64,000 nucleotides of DNA from contig CBFHOS010000008.1 of NCBI GenBank assembly GCA_965657645.1, positions 3,597 through 67,596 on the forward strand, in the 5' to 3' direction. Under the pieces are notes generated by a model. That model saw nothing but the letters and a program-made list of their open reading frames with translations. It had not been told where the DNA came from and searched no databases. A program made the translations under genes and the position numbers. This DNA is from Candidatus Puniceispirillaceae bacterium. GTDB lineage: Bacteria > Pseudomonadota > Alphaproteobacteria > Puniceispirillales > Puniceispirillaceae. Of this stretch, positions 18,305-29,345 are shown piece after piece (position 1 is the first letter of the stretch; each line of letters starts with the position of its first letter).

Positions 18305-20127
18305 TAGTTTATTCCCAATAGATTAATACCGCCACCAGCCTCGGCAGTCGCCGCCTGGGTGCGTAATGATGCAAATAATTCACGGCCAAACCCAGTTTGT
18401 GGCTGGGTAATTGTCGCCGCGGTGCGTGAGGTCAAATCTGCGTCCACACTGAGCTCGCCTGTCACCGCATCTAGGGTAACGATGTCGCCATCCTTGATCA
18501 TTGCAATCGGTCCACCGGCGCATGCCTCTGGTGAAATATGGATCGCCGCAGGCACTTTGCCAGACGCGCCAGACATCCGCCCATCGGTGATTAGCGCAAC
18601 AGCATGCCCATCATCCTGCAGGTTGGTTAGCATCGGTGTTAGCGAATGCAATTCGGGCATGCCAGTGGCCTGTGGGCCCTGCCCCATAACAACCACAACA
18701 ACATCGCGGGCAAGATCGCCAGCCGCAAAGGCGGCTTTGACATCGGCCTCATTGGTGAACACAGCCGCAGGAGCGGTGATTTTCTGATGTTCTGGCTTTA
18801 CCGCAGATACTTTGATCACGGCCTTACCAATATTACCGTCCAGCATTTTAAGTCCACCAGTTGCCTGATGCGGCTTATCAACACCGCGCACAATGTCTTC
18901 ATCAAGAGATTTAGACGGTGCATCACGCCAGATAAGGTTTGATCCGTCCAGCACTGGCTCAACACCATAATCTGCCAGATTGTCGCCCCACACCGTCTCT
19001 GCCGACCCGTCTACAAGTCCGGCCTGAAGCAATTCACGGATAACAAAGCCCATACCGCCAGCCGCGTGGAAATGGTTCACATCCGCGCCGCCATTTGGAT
19101 AAATCCGCGTCAATAGCGGCACCACGTCAGATAGGTCGGAGAAATCCTGCCATGTAAGCTGGATACCAGCCGCCGCCGCCATCGCCGGCAAGTGCAATGT
19201 ATGATTGGTCGAACCACCAGTCGCATGCAGGCCAACAACGGCATTTACAAAGCTACGTTCATCCAGCATCGCGCCAACAGGACGCGGTGCATCGGATTTG
19301 CGGCTAATGGCAACGGCGCGCTGGGAAGCGGCCACGCTCAAGGCATGACGCAAATCAGAATGCGGGTGCACAAAGGCCGCGCCCGGCAAATGAAGCCCCA
19401 TGATCTCCATTAACATCTGGTTAGAATTAGCAGTGCCATAAAATGTACAGGTTCCCGGCCCATGATAGGCCGCCGCCTCTGCCGCCAGTAATTCCTTGCG
19501 GCCAACCTCGCCTCTGGCAAATGCTTTGCGCACGGATGCTTTTTCCTCGTTAGGCAGACCTGAACTCATCGGTCCGGCGGGAACAAAAATTGTTGGCAAA
19601 TGACCAAAGGCAAGCGAGCCCATGACCAATCCGGGAACAATCTTGTCACAAACACCAAGGCACAGTGCCGCATCAAACACAGCATGGCTGAGGCCGATAC
19701 CTGTTGCCATGGCAATCACATCGCGGGACATCAGCGACAATTCCATGCCGGGCCGCCCTTGGGTCACGCCATCACACATCGCCGGAACACCGCTGGCAAC
19801 CTGTGCCGTCGCGCCTACTTCACGCGCCGCCGCCTTTAGGATTGTCGGCACATGCTCAAATGGCGCATGCGCTGATAGCATATCATTATATGAGGTAATG
19901 ATACCAAGATGCGGCTTGGCCGATACTAGTACATCGCTCTGATCAGCCCCTGCACCCGCCGCGGCATGCGCTAGATTGGAACATGAGACTGTGCGGCGAT
20001 CAGAATCTGGATCCTGCTCCATTGCGCTGATCGAATTAAGATATGCCTCGCGCGTTGGCTTGCTGCGCTCACGAATGCGCTCAATGACTTGTTTGACAAT
20101 TGGGTTCAATTCGTTCTGACCACCCAT
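18304..20127 (-). CDS. edd: Phosphogluconate dehydratase
   Basis: 607 aa of the IlvD/Edd family, with CDKIVPG and other Edd-type motifs. Confidence 0.95.
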   Translation of the reverse strand: MGGQNELNPIVKQVIERIRERSKPTREAYLNSISAMEQDPDSDRRTVSCSNLAHAAAGAGADQSDVLVSAKPHLGIITSYNDMLSAHAPFEHVPTILKAAAREVGATAQVASGVPAMCDGVTQGRPGMELSLMSRDVIAMATGIGLSHAVFDAALCLGVCDKIVPGLVMGSLAFGHLPTIFVPAGPMSSGLPNEEKASVRKAFARGEVGRKELLAAEAAAYHGPGTCTFYGTANSNQMLMEIMGLHLPGAAFVHPHSDLRHALSVAASQRAVAISRKSDAPRPVGAMLDERSFVNAVVGLHATGGSTNHTLHLPAMAAAAGIQLTWQDFSDLSDVVPLLTRIYPNGGADVNHFHAAGGMGFVIRELLQAGLVDGSAETVWGDNLADYGVEPVLDGSNLIWRDAPSKSLDEDIVRGVDKPHQATGGLKMLDGNIGKAVIKVSAVKPEHQKITAPAAVFTNEADVKAAFAAGDLARDVVVVVMGQGPQATGMPELHSLTPMLTNLQDDGHAVALITDGRMSGASGKVPAAIHISPEACAGGPIAMIKDGDIVTLDAVTGELSVDADLTSRTAATITQPQTGFGRELFASLRTQAATAEAGGGINLLGIN

Positions 20128-20741
20128 TACGAAATTTCCACTTCAATTTTACGTTTGGTTTGTTTTAGCAGCCAGTGAATTGGTAAGGCGCTATCTGTTT
20201 TAGACGCGGCAAGAACCGCTTGTTTCTCGGCGCCATTTACCAACAGAATAGCGAGATTTGATTCCAAGATCATCGCCATATTCATAGAAATACGCGGCCA
20301 TTGCGGCGAACCCATAGGCGGCGTGGTGATGATTTTCGGAGTATGATCAGGGCCAAACGCCTCATCATCCCCGACCATTGCCGGAAATAACGACGCAAAA
20401 TGGCCGTCAGGCCCCATCCCCAGTAACATCACGTCAAAGGGGCGAGGAACATCCATGACCGCCTGTGTGAGCGGCATAAAGCGCGCCGCCGCGGCGTGAT
20501 CCACCAGCAAATGGCGATGAAGTAACGCCTGATTGCTATCAGCGTGGTCCGCCGGCACAAGGCGATCATCAACCAGAGTGATCGTGACCTTGTCCCAACC
20601 AATATCGCGCGCCGCCAATTCGGCAAATACGGCAAGCGGACTAGAGCCACCGCTCACCACCAGACTGGCAGTCCCGTTTTTGGCGATAGACGCGGTCAGT
20701 TGTTCAATAATATTTTCTGCAATGCGTTTTGTATTTTTCAT
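20127..20741 (-). CDS. pgl: 6-phosphogluconolactonase
   Basis: 204 aa. Contains LVVSGGSSP and LLGMGPDGHFASLFP. Has a TAATG overlap with edd. Confidence 0.85.
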   Translation of the reverse strand: MKNTKRIAENIIEQLTASIAKNGTASLVVSGGSSPLAVFAELAARDIGWDKVTITLVDDRLVPADHADSNQALLHRHLLVDHAAAARFMPLTQAVMDVPRPFDVMLLGMGPDGHFASLFPAMVGDDEAFGPDHTPKIITTPPMGSPQWPRISMNMAMILESNLAILLVNGAEKQAVLAASKTDSALPIHWLLKQTKRKIEVEIS

Positions 20742-20925
20742 AGGCGGAACCTAGACCAAATCACTTCAAAATAACAGTGCGAAAAGCTGAATTAGCGTCT
20801 GTTTGTTGATAGAATTGTGGTGGTTTTTGCTAAACATTGCATTACAGTTTTGAGTCGCGGTGATGGCAAGGCGCATCGCCATCCAAACGGCCAATGCTAT
20901 CGGCCCGACTTTCACGGAGGCAATT

Positions 20926-22374
20926 ATGGATTTTGATAAGGCTGAAAATGCTGATCTGCAGGATAGCAATGACCTGCGCGGAAATTCGCCAGCCAGCCGT
21001 GATATTGCCAATCACATGCATCCCTACACCAATCCGGCAATGCTCGCCGATAGTGGCCCGCATATCATGGCCAAGGGTAGCGGTGTTTTTGTGCATGATG
21101 ATGCTGGCAACCAATTTTATGAGGGCATGAGCGGATTATGGTGCGCCTCTCTCGGTTTTTCCGAGCCCGAGCTGGTTGATGCGGCCATCGCCCAATTTCA
21201 GAAATTGCCGTTCTATCATAGCTTTGCTGGCAAAACAGTTGGCCCAGCGATTGATCTGGCGGAGATGTTGATCGCCCATGCCCCGCCAGCCAGACATGAT
21301 AGCAAGATGGGTAAGGTTTTCTTTGCCTCATCGGGATCAGAGGCAAATGATACCGCGATCAAGATGGTCTGGTATTACCAAGCCGCGCGCGGAATGCCGC
21401 AAAAGCAAAAGATTATCAGCCGCAAAAAGGGCTATCACGGGGTGACGATGGCCGCCGCCAGCATGACCGCCCTCGCCTATGCGCAAGATGGTTTCGGCCT
21501 GCCGCTCGATTTCGTCAAACACACTACCTCGCCCGATTATTACAACAACGCCCTAGACGGCGAGAGTGAGGAGGATTTTGCCTCACGCTGTGCGGCAGAG
21601 CTCGAAGAGATGATCCTTGCCGAGGGGCCAGACACCGTTGCCGCCCTATTCGCAGAGCCTGTTATGGGGGCTGGTGGGGTGATTATCCCGCCAACGGGCT
21701 ATTTTGCCAAAATTCGCACAATATTGGACAAGTATGATGTCTTGCTAGTGGCCGATGAGGTGATTTGCGGTTTCGGGCGTACCGGCAACATGTGGGGGTC
21801 CCAGAGCATGGATGTCCAGCCAGATATGCTGACCTGTGCCAAGGCGCTATCGTCCGCCTATTTGCCTATTTCGGCGGTACTGATGTCGGATAAGGTTTAT
21901 GAAACACTGGCCGAGCAAGCCGAAAAATTGGGCATATTCGGGCATGGCTATACCTATTCGGCACACCCCGTATGCGCCGCCGTCGCCCTTCGCGCCCAGC
22001 AATTGATGCAGGAGCGCGATATTATTGGCCATGTCAGACAGCTGGCCCCGGCTTTTAGCGACCGCGTTGCCCGGTTTGACCGCTTTGATTTCATTGGCAA
22101 CACACGGTCTATCGGGATGATTGGGGCTATGGAATTTAGCGCCGATCCGGCCACCAGACAAAAGTTTGACCCACAGCACAAAATCGCCGCCCAGCTAGTC
22201 GCCAAAATTCAGGAAAAAGGCGTCATTTTGCGTGCATTGCCAGGGGATATCATTGGTTTTTGCCCGCCTCTCATTATGACCGAGGGCGAGTTGCACGACA
22301 TGTTTGATCGCATAGAGGCGGCTGTTGGTGAATTTGCAAACACCGCCAATAGTCTGCGCAAATTTAATATTTAG
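20926..22374 (+). CDS. Class-III (omega) aminotransferase, SpuC/putrescine-pyruvate type family
   Basis: Start ATG at 20926 follows GGAGG. Contains SGSEANDTAIK and DEVICGFGRTG, and the PLP Lys context TCAKALSS. Confidence 0.9.
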   Translation: MDFDKAENADLQDSNDLRGNSPASRDIANHMHPYTNPAMLADSGPHIMAKGSGVFVHDDAGNQFYEGMSGLWCASLGFSEPELVDAAIAQFQKLPFYHSFAGKTVGPAIDLAEMLIAHAPPARHDSKMGKVFFASSGSEANDTAIKMVWYYQAARGMPQKQKIISRKKGYHGVTMAAASMTALAYAQDGFGLPLDFVKHTTSPDYYNNALDGESEEDFASRCAAELEEMILAEGPDTVAALFAEPVMGAGGVIIPPTGYFAKIRTILDKYDVLLVADEVICGFGRTGNMWGSQSMDVQPDMLTCAKALSSAYLPISAVLMSDKVYETLAEQAEKLGIFGHGYTYSAHPVCAAVALRAQQLMQERDIIGHVRQLAPAFSDRVARFDRFDFIGNTRSIGMIGAMEFSADPATRQKFDPQHKIAAQLVAKIQEKGVILRALPGDIIGFCPPLIMTEGELHDMFDRIEAAVGEFANTANSLRKFNI

Positions 22375-22384
22375 GGTGGCTAAC

Positions 22385-23164
22385 CTATTTCACTGGCTCA
22401 GGATAATCGCGCTCAAACACCCAATTCTCGGCGTCTGACTGATCCGGTGCAAATTCATAGCCACCTGCGCCAAAGCCCTTAATATCGTCGGCTTTGGTTA
22501 GGCGGTTCTGGATGATATAGCGCCCCATTGCGCCGCGTGCTTTTTTCGCAAAGAAACTCACAATTTTCGACTTGCCATCTTTGCGTTCTTTGAACACTGG
22601 CGTTATCACCCCTAGATCCAAGGCGCCGCGATCAACGGCGCCAAAATATTCCTGTGACGCGCAATTGATCAAATGATCGGATTTGGTAACCGCCGCCTGC
22701 TCGTTCAAACTCGCCGCGATTTGTGCCCCCCAATAGGCATATAGATTGTTGCCCTTGCTGGTTTTCAATCGACTGCCCATCTCCAAGCGATAGGGCTCGA
22801 TCACATCTAGCGGCCGCAACACGCCATAGAGACCAGATAGAATGCGCAGATGGTTTTGCGCCCATGCCATCTCATCGGCATCGAGCGTTGCCGCCTCTAA
22901 CCCCTGATAAGTGTCACCAGCAAAGGCCAGAATTGCTGGCTTTGTTTCCTGTGCGCCAAAATTGGCAAAGCGCTCTACGTTGAGGCTGGCGAGCTTTTCG
23001 CTCAGATCCATCAGCTTTTGGATATCCGCCACGCCGAGCTTGGCCGCAACCCCAGCCAATTCCTGTGCGTGATCGCCATAGGCAGGACTTGTTGGGGTGA
23101 TCGGGAAATCACCATCGATCGGTGTCATATCAAGTTTTTTGGCGGGTGAAACAACAACCAGCAT
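22385..23164 (-). CDS. yaaA: Peroxide stress protein YaaA (DUF328/UPF0246)
   Basis: MLVVVSPAKKLD N-terminus. The ATG at 23164 is preceded by GGAGGC, and I prefer it to the track start at 23176. Confidence 0.9.
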   Translation of the reverse strand: MLVVVSPAKKLDMTPIDGDFPITPTSPAYGDHAQELAGVAAKLGVADIQKLMDLSEKLASLNVERFANFGAQETKPAILAFAGDTYQGLEAATLDADEMAWAQNHLRILSGLYGVLRPLDVIEPYRLEMGSRLKTSKGNNLYAYWGAQIAASLNEQAAVTKSDHLINCASQEYFGAVDRGALDLGVITPVFKERKDGKSKIVSFFAKKARGAMGRYIIQNRLTKADDIKGFGAGGYEFAPDQSDAENWVFERDYPEPVK

Positions 23165-23324
23165 GTAAGCCTCCATTTAGAACAAGTCTAATGTAGGAGC
23201 TCAATCACGCTAGGTCTAGAAACCAATGGGAAAATTTTGTCGCATGCGCGGCAAACGAGCCGAGTATATTGCTAAATTGGCCAGAAATGACGGCGTGGCG
23301 GTACTGTTATGCAGATCCCAAACA

Positions 23325-23354
23325 GCAAAAAGCCAGACATTTTCATGCCTGGCT
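23325..23354 (-). terminator. Rho-independent terminator after the cold-shock gene
   Basis: On the minus strand, an AGCCAG...CUGGCU stem is followed by UUUUUG. It lies about 50 nt after the csp stop. Confidence 0.6.
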
Positions 23355-23401
23355 TTCGTAACTGTTAGCGCTTATGCAGCGCTAGCAAACCGTTAAAGCG
23401 A

Positions 23402-23614
23402 CTAAAGCGCCTTTAGGTTAACAGCTGATGTCTTACCGTTCTGACCTTTTTCAAGCTCATAAGAAACAGCCTGACCTTCGCCAAGACCGTCCATACCTGA
23501 ACCCTGAACAGCAGTGATGTGTACAAATACGTCCTGTGTTCCGTCTTCCGGCTCAATAAAACCAAAACCTTTTTGTGAATTAAACCACTTAACTTTTCCG
23601 TTAGCCATCTTCAT
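23402..23614 (-). CDS. cspA: Cold-shock protein (CspA family)
   Basis: 70 aa. Contains [15 protein letters not shown] (RNP1) and VFVHITA (RNP2). Confidence 0.95.
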   Translation of the reverse strand: MKMANGKVKWFNSQKGFGFIEPEDGTQDVFVHITAVQGSGMDGLGEGQAVSYELEKGQNGKTSAVNLKAL

Positions 23615-23758
23615 ATTTCCTTTGTTTTGCCAACACTAGCAACCGCATCTAGGAAACCTAAAACCAGCTTATCGTATTAGACAATTATGTTATCTCCAAA
23701 ATCGGAGATGTTGCAAAATACGGCCTTAATAACAATTAAGCAAATTTATTGTGCATAA

Positions 23759-24073
23759 TTGCTAAAAAAAACCGCCTTCTGCGGATTTCTAACACCATTA
23801 CACCCTCCAGATAAAAACGCCAGCAAAAAAATACTCGGGCTATTTTCGGGTGTTGTTTTACTAGCGCTGGTCTTCTGGACAGTAATTTCGCCAGATTTTC
23901 TAATGATATTGATAGAATACGGTAAAAAACCCGGACTGTTTTCTTATTATGCCACCGGCGTCTCCTGGTTCGGGGTAGCCCCACTTCTCATGTTGGTTAC
24001 TTTAATTTTTGTAGTGGGTTGGAGAGGTTTTGCCGACGTGTTTTGGGTCGACACAAAAGACCCAAAAGATTAG
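23759..24073 (+). CDS. Hypothetical small membrane protein (doubtful)
   Basis: 104-aa ORF with a TTG start in an AT-rich gap. It has two hydrophobic segments but no recognisable family and no clear RBS. Confidence 0.3.
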   Translation: MLKKTAFCGFLTPLHPPDKNASKKILGLFSGVVLLALVFWTVISPDFLMILIEYGKKPGLFSYYATGVSWFGVAPLLMLVTLIFVVGWRGFADVFWVDTKDPKD

Positions 24074-24204
24074 AATTTTTTAACATATAATCAATATGTT
24101 AAGTGCATATTGACTACTTTAGGGTCATCTGTTTAGGCTTTGACATACATCAATGCGCCCTTGCACAACGCAAGGTAACACTCAAAAATTCAAAAAAATG
24201 AAAA

Positions 24205-24296
24205 TGGCGGAGGGGAAGGGATTCGAACCCCCGAAAGGAATTTCTTCCTTTAACGATTTAGCAAACCGCCGCCTTCAGCCACTCGGCCACCCCTCC
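24205..24296 (-). tRNA. tRNA-Ser (anticodon GCU)
   Basis: Hand-folded. Acceptor stem GGAGGGG/CCCCUCC with G discriminator and encoded CCA. D-arm GCCGAGUGG. Anticodon loop UU-GCU-AA. Long variable arm. T-arm GGGGGUUCGAAUCCCUUC. Confidence 0.9.
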
Positions 24297-24538
24297 GCCG
24301 GGGTCTGCGGGCCGCCTGTAAACAGGGCCGGCGCGCATTCGTTCATACACGGCGTATGCTGGCTTTGTACTAGCTTTGAAAATCGTTGCTGTCAAACCGG
24401 AAATACGGCTTTTGGCGAAGAATTTATGCGATAATTTATGGTCATGTTCCGGATTACGATTGAAACAGGGGGCCCCAGCCCACATGTTATCAATACCGCC
24501 GGTTTTTGGTTCGGCGTGAATGTGAGAGGAACATCTAA

Positions 24539-25489
24539 ATGGACCAGCTAGCATCGATGCGTATTTTCGTTGCCGTGGCGCAGGAACGCTCGCTGGCAAA
24601 GGCCTCGCGCAATCTGGATTTGTCACCATCTGCTGTGTCCAAGCATATCGCCGCGCTGGAAAGCCGCCTTGGCGTCCAATTGCTGGCCCGCACCACACGC
24701 AAGGTTGCCCTCACCGAGGTTGGCGCGACCTATCTGGAAAAATGCCAGAAAATTCTGCATGACATTGATCTATCCGAAGACATCGTGCGCGGCGCGGCGG
24801 GCAGTGTTAAGGGCGTGTTGCGGATCGAATCCCCACCGGGGTTCGCGCACCGTCATATCGCCCCGCATTTACCCATATTCATGAACCAATATCCCCATGT
24901 GTCGATCGAGCTAACCACCACCGACGTGTCGCATAATCTGGTTGAGAGCGGCCTTGATATCTCGATCAGGATGAAGCCGCTGAGTGATAGTGACGGGCTT
25001 GCCTATACCGAGCTGGCGCCTAATCACCGGCAATTGGTCGCGTCAAAAGAGTATCTGGAGACGCATGGCACGCCAAAAACCCTATCCGATCTTGCCGACC
25101 ATAAACTGGTCACTCTGCGCCATACCAGCACCGGCAGTGACTGGCATTTCAAGGATGAACACGGGGTCATGAAAACCTTTAAGGCGCGCGGGGGCATGGT
25201 GCTGGATTCTGGCGATGCGATGTTGCGCGTGGTGCTTAACCATGGCGGCATTTCAATGTTACCGCGCTATGTGACCGGTCGGCATCTGCGCAATGGCAAT
25301 TTAGTTGCTGTGCTCGATGATCTGGTCATGGAGGATTTCCCAATCCATGCCGTGACCGCCCCTACCCCGCATCAACAGCCAAAAATCGACAGCTTCTTAA
25401 AGTTTCTGTTAGAGGTCTATGGCACCGTTCCCTATTGGGAGGAGCGCGACGAGCCAATGGGCGACGCCGCCCGCCGCGCATCGCTATAG
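24539..25489 (+). CDS. LysR family transcriptional regulator
   Basis: 316 aa. N-terminal wHTH FVAVAQERSLAKASRNLDLSPSAVSKHIAALESRLGVQLLART, plus a LysR substrate-binding domain. Confidence 0.9.
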   Translation: MDQLASMRIFVAVAQERSLAKASRNLDLSPSAVSKHIAALESRLGVQLLARTTRKVALTEVGATYLEKCQKILHDIDLSEDIVRGAAGSVKGVLRIESPPGFAHRHIAPHLPIFMNQYPHVSIELTTTDVSHNLVESGLDISIRMKPLSDSDGLAYTELAPNHRQLVASKEYLETHGTPKTLSDLADHKLVTLRHTSTGSDWHFKDEHGVMKTFKARGGMVLDSGDAMLRVVLNHGGISMLPRYVTGRHLRNGNLVAVLDDLVMEDFPIHAVTAPTPHQQPKIDSFLKFLLEVYGTVPYWEERDEPMGDAARRASL

Positions 25490-25531
25490 CCCGTCACAAC
25501 ACCGCGTGAAGATTTATCGATTGAATAGCCG

Positions 25532-26986
25532 TTAGCCGTCCAGCTTGGCCCGCAACACCTGATTGACCATGCCCGGATTGGCCTGTCCACCAGATTGCTT
25601 CATTACCTGACCGACGAAAAAGCCAAACAGCTTGTCCTTACCGCCGCGATATTCCTCAACCTTATCCGGATTGGCCGCCATGACACCGTCAATCAACGCC
25701 TCAATAGCACCGGAGTCTGATACTTGCTTTAGACCTTTTGCCTCAACAATATCAGCGGCCTCACCGCCATTTTCGAACATCTCGGCAAAGACTTCCTTGG
25801 CGATCTTGCCGGAAATGACGCCTTCGCTGATCAAATCAACCAACCGGCCCAACGCTTCAGGGCTAACCGGACTAGTGGCAAGCGATAGATCGGCCTTGTT
25901 AAGCGCACCAAACAGCTCGACAGTCATCCAGTTCGCAACCAATTTACGATCCCTACCGTCACTGGCGGCCTCGTAAAAAATCGCGGTTTCGCGTTCCTCG
26001 GTAATCACCGCCGCATCATAAGGAGACAGACCATATTCACCCATCAAGCGGGCCTTAATCTGGTCCGGCAATTCGGGCAAAGCCGCGGCGAGTTCATCGA
26101 CTTCTGATTGCGGGATAACCAACGGCAATAGATCCGGATCAGGGAAATACCGGTAATCATGCGCATCCTCTTTCGAGCGCATGGTACGGGTCGATCCTGT
26201 GCTGGTATCAAACAGCCGTGTTTCTTGATCAACCTCGCCACCATCTTCGATCAACTCGATCTGGCGCGCCACTTCATGGTCAATGGCCTGCTGAATGAAA
26301 CGCAATGAATTCAGATTCTTGGTTTCCGTTCTTGTACCAAGCTCTTCACCGGGGCGGCGCACAGACACATTCACATCGGCGCGCATTGATCCCTCTTCCA
26401 TATTGCCATCACAGGTCCCAAGATAGCGCAGAATAGACCGTAGCTTTTTGACATAGGCAGCAGCCTCAGCGGCAGAGCGCATATCAGGCCGAGAGACAAT
26501 TTCCATCAATGCAACACCGGTCCGGTTCAGATCGATATAACTCTTGCTTGGGTGCTGATCATGCATTGATTTGCCGGCATCCTGTTCAAGGTGCAGACGC
26601 TCGATACCGATGTCGCGGGTGGTGCCATCTGCCATATCAATACGGAGCACGCCCTCGCCGACAATCGGCTGTTTGAACTGGCTGATCTGATAGCCTTGCG
26701 GTAGATCCGCATAGAAATAGTTTTTCCGGTCAAACACGCTAACCAGATTGATTTCCGCGTTTAACCCAAGGCCAGTGCGAACCGCTTGGCGCACACATTC
26801 ATGATTGATCACCGGCAACATTCCGGGCATCGCCGCATCAACCAGCGACACATTGCTATTCGGATCGGCGCCAAACTTTGTCGGCGCACCTGAAAACAGC
26901 TTGGCATTTGAGGTCACCTGCGCATGCACCTCTAGCCCGATCACAACTTCCCACTCACCAGTGCGACCTGTCACAAGATTGCTCAT
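25532..26986 (-). CDS. gatB: Asp/Glu-tRNA amidotransferase subunit B
   Basis: 484 aa. Contains [12 protein letters not shown] and a C-terminal YqeY-like domain. Part of a gatCAB operon. Confidence 0.95.
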   Translation of the reverse strand: MSNLVTGRTGEWEVVIGLEVHAQVTSNAKLFSGAPTKFGADPNSNVSLVDAAMPGMLPVINHECVRQAVRTGLGLNAEINLVSVFDRKNYFYADLPQGYQISQFKQPIVGEGVLRIDMADGTTRDIGIERLHLEQDAGKSMHDQHPSKSYIDLNRTGVALMEIVSRPDMRSAAEAAAYVKKLRSILRYLGTCDGNMEEGSMRADVNVSVRRPGEELGTRTETKNLNSLRFIQQAIDHEVARQIELIEDGGEVDQETRLFDTSTGSTRTMRSKEDAHDYRYFPDPDLLPLVIPQSEVDELAAALPELPDQIKARLMGEYGLSPYDAAVITEERETAIFYEAASDGRDRKLVANWMTVELFGALNKADLSLATSPVSPEALGRLVDLISEGVISGKIAKEVFAEMFENGGEAADIVEAKGLKQVSDSGAIEALIDGVMAANPDKVEEYRGGKDKLFGFFVGQVMKQSGGQANPGMVNQVLRAKLDG

Positions 26987-28464
26987 GATGCCCCTCCTGC
27001 GCGCAATGCCGGTACGGCTGAAAAGCCTGCGGCATCTTCCAAAACCTGACCAACCGAATACAGCGTGGCCTCATCAAACGGGCGGCCAAGAACCTGTAGG
27101 CCCAATGGCAATCCATCCTGGTTAACGCCGGCCGGAACCGCCATGCCCGGAATACCGGCAAGGTTAGCCGTAACGGTAAACACGTCATTAAGGTAATTTG
27201 TCACCGGATCGTCAACCTTACGCCCAACGGCAAATGCCGCGGATGGTGTGGCTGGCGTTAAAATCGCGTCAACCTTGCCAAAAGCGGCGTCAAAATCATC
27301 ACGGATCAAGCGGCGCACACGTTGTGCCTTGAGATAATACGCATCGTAATAACCAGCCGATAGAACATAGGTGCCGATCATAATACGGCGCTGTACTTCG
27401 TCGCCAAAACCGGCGGCTCTGGTTGCGCCATACATCTCGTCAAGCGTATCCGCCTCAACGCGCTGGCCATAGCGAACCCCATCATAGCGGGCAAGATTGG
27501 ACGATGCCTCGGCCGGGGCGATGATGTAATAGGCTGGCAATGCATATTTTGTGTGCGGCAGAGAAATCTCAACAAGCTCTGCACCAGCCGCTTTCAGCCA
27601 TTCCTGCCCCTGTTCCCACAAACGCACGACATCGCTGTCCATACCATCCATCACATATTCGGACGGCACGCCGATCTTAAGACCTTTGACACCCTTGCCA
27701 ACGGCGCCTGATAGATCCTGCAATGGGGTTTGCGCGGAGGTTGAATCCTTCGCGTCATAGCTCGCCATAGCTTCCATCATTAGCGCGTTATCGGCTACTG
27801 TTCTGGTGAACGGTCCAGCCTGATCCAGCGAGCTGGCAAAGGCAACAATGCCCCAACGCGAACAACGACCATAGGTAGGCTTCATCCCGACAACACCGCA
27901 AAAGGCGGCTGGCTGGCGAATAGATCCACCAGTATCCGTGCCGGTTGCCAGCAATGCCGAACGGGCGGCGATTGCCGAGGCTGAGCCACCTGATGATCCA
28001 CCCGGCACCAAATTAACACCATCGGCCGCCTGATGCGGATTAATCGCCGGGCCATAGGCACTGGTTTCATTGGCCGAACCCATAGCAAACTCGTCACAAT
28101 TCAATTTGCCGAGCATAACGCCACCTTCACGCCAAAGATTGGCCGTAACGGTGCTCTCATAAGGTGGGGTAAATCCGTTCAGAATGTTTGAACAGGCGGT
28201 ACTGGCAACGCCTTTGGTACAGAACAGATCTTTAACACCGACCGGCAAGCCTTCGATAAGGCCGCCCTCGCCAGCGCCAATCCGCGCATCAGACGCTGCC
28301 GCCATTTCCAGCGCCTTGTCAGCGGTAACTGCAACATAATTGTTCAATCCAGCGGTTTCTTCGATTGCACCAAGATAGGCTGTGGTCAGCTCAACCGACG
28401 AGATTTCCTTGCTATCCAGCGCCGCGCGCGCCTCGGTAGCAGACAGGGAGAGATAATCAGTCAT
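26983..28464 (-). CDS. gatA: Asp/Glu-tRNA amidotransferase subunit A
   Basis: 493 aa. Amidase signature [13 protein letters not shown]. Overlaps gatB by 4 nt. Confidence 0.95.
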   Translation of the reverse strand: MTDYLSLSATEARAALDSKEISSVELTTAYLGAIEETAGLNNYVAVTADKALEMAAASDARIGAGEGGLIEGLPVGVKDLFCTKGVASTACSNILNGFTPPYESTVTANLWREGGVMLGKLNCDEFAMGSANETSAYGPAINPHQAADGVNLVPGGSSGGSASAIAARSALLATGTDTGGSIRQPAAFCGVVGMKPTYGRCSRWGIVAFASSLDQAGPFTRTVADNALMMEAMASYDAKDSTSAQTPLQDLSGAVGKGVKGLKIGVPSEYVMDGMDSDVVRLWEQGQEWLKAAGAELVEISLPHTKYALPAYYIIAPAEASSNLARYDGVRYGQRVEADTLDEMYGATRAAGFGDEVQRRIMIGTYVLSAGYYDAYYLKAQRVRRLIRDDFDAAFGKVDAILTPATPSAAFAVGRKVDDPVTNYLNDVFTVTANLAGIPGMAVPAGVNQDGLPLGLQVLGRPFDEATLYSVGQVLEDAAGFSAVPALRAGGAS

Positions 28465-28751
28465 TATTCAACCACCTTCGGCACAACAAAAAATCCACCG
28501 GCAGTCTCCGGTACATTCGCCAGAATATCATCGATATAATCACCATCGGTGACGACATCTTCGCGCAATGGCAGGGCATGACCGGTAACGCTAGCCAATG
28601 GCTCAACATTGTCGGTGTTTACCTCGTTCAATTCGGCGATCCAATCCAAAATGCCATTCAACTCGCTAGCGACTGCTTCTTGCCGGTCTTCGGCGACATG
28701 CAATCGTGCTAAACGAGCGATTTTGGCAACTGTGCTCTTGTCAACTGACAT
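28464..28751 (-). CDS. gatC: Asp/Glu-tRNA amidotransferase subunit C
   Basis: 95 aa from the ATG at 28751 ([17 protein letters not shown]...). The track ORF is N-terminally extended. Confidence 0.9.
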   Translation of the reverse strand: MSVDKSTVAKIARLARLHVAEDRQEAVASELNGILDWIAELNEVNTDNVEPLASVTGHALPLREDVVTDGDYIDDILANVPETAGGFFVVPKVVE

Positions 28752-28808
28752 ATCACTGTGCTTTTTGCTGTTACATACAATTAATGAAGAGAGCAATTAT
28801 CACTCGAC

Positions 28809-29285
28809 ATGGCGATCTGCAAGCTTAACGATGTAAAACACGCAATTTCTAGCGGTCAAAGACTGCTTGGACTGGATATTGGCAAGAAAACCATTGGTCT
28901 TGCCCTTTCTGACACAAGCCTGACAATTGCGTCCCCCGTAAAAATCCTATGGCGGAACAAGTTTACCGCCGATGTGCATGAGCTATTCGCGTTTGTTGAT
29001 GAACAGGACATTGGCGCCATGGTCCTTGGCTGGCCCGCAAATATGGATGGTAGTGCTGGCCCACGTTGCGACTCTGTACGTGATTTTGCCCATGCAATGA
29101 TGCGGATACGCGATATCCCAGTCGTTTTTCAAGACGAGCGCCTGTCCACAAGCGCGGTCGAATCGGCAATGGTGTCGGCCGACATGACAAGAGCCAAACG
29201 CGCTGAGCGCCGTGATGCCCTTGCGGCGGTCTGGATATTGCAATCGGCGCTTGATCGTCTCCATGACGATGTAATCGTCAATTAG
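28809..29285 (+). CDS. ruvX: Holliday junction resolvase-like RuvX/YqgF
   Basis: 158 aa. Contains LLGLDIGKKTIGLALSD and a DERLST motif. Confidence 0.9.
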   Translation: MAICKLNDVKHAISSGQRLLGLDIGKKTIGLALSDTSLTIASPVKILWRNKFTADVHELFAFVDEQDIGAMVLGWPANMDGSAGPRCDSVRDFAHAMMRIRDIPVVFQDERLSTSAVESAMVSADMTRAKRAERRDALAAVWILQSALDRLHDDVIVN

Positions 29286-29345
29286 ACCCAGCGGACGATG
29301 TAATCGTCAATTAGACCTAGCGGACGATGTAATCGTCAATTAAGG
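29265..29345. repeat. Tandem 29-bp direct repeat (about 2.8 copies) that duplicates the last 7 codons of ruvX including its stop
   Basis: gacgatgtaatcgtcaattagacc[c/t]agcg occurs at 29265-29293 and 29294-29322, with a partial copy from 29323. Each unit carries the 6-3-6 palindrome GACGAT-GTA-ATCGTC. Confidence 0.9.

Noticed and set aside
18359-19942. Several 64-142-aa ORFs antisense to edd
   Set aside because: These are shadow ORFs within a strongly supported 607-aa dehydratase gene.
23615-24538. Genomic island integrated at tRNA-Ser
   Set aside because: There is no integrase, no mobility genes, and no direct repeat of the tRNA 3' end visible on either side. The flanking genes (cspA, LysR, gatB) are ordinary.
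29265-29345. CRISPR-like array
   Set aside because: The 29-bp units are directly contiguous with no spacers, there are only about 2.8 copies, and no cas genes are present. It is a simple tandem duplication of the ruvX 3' end.
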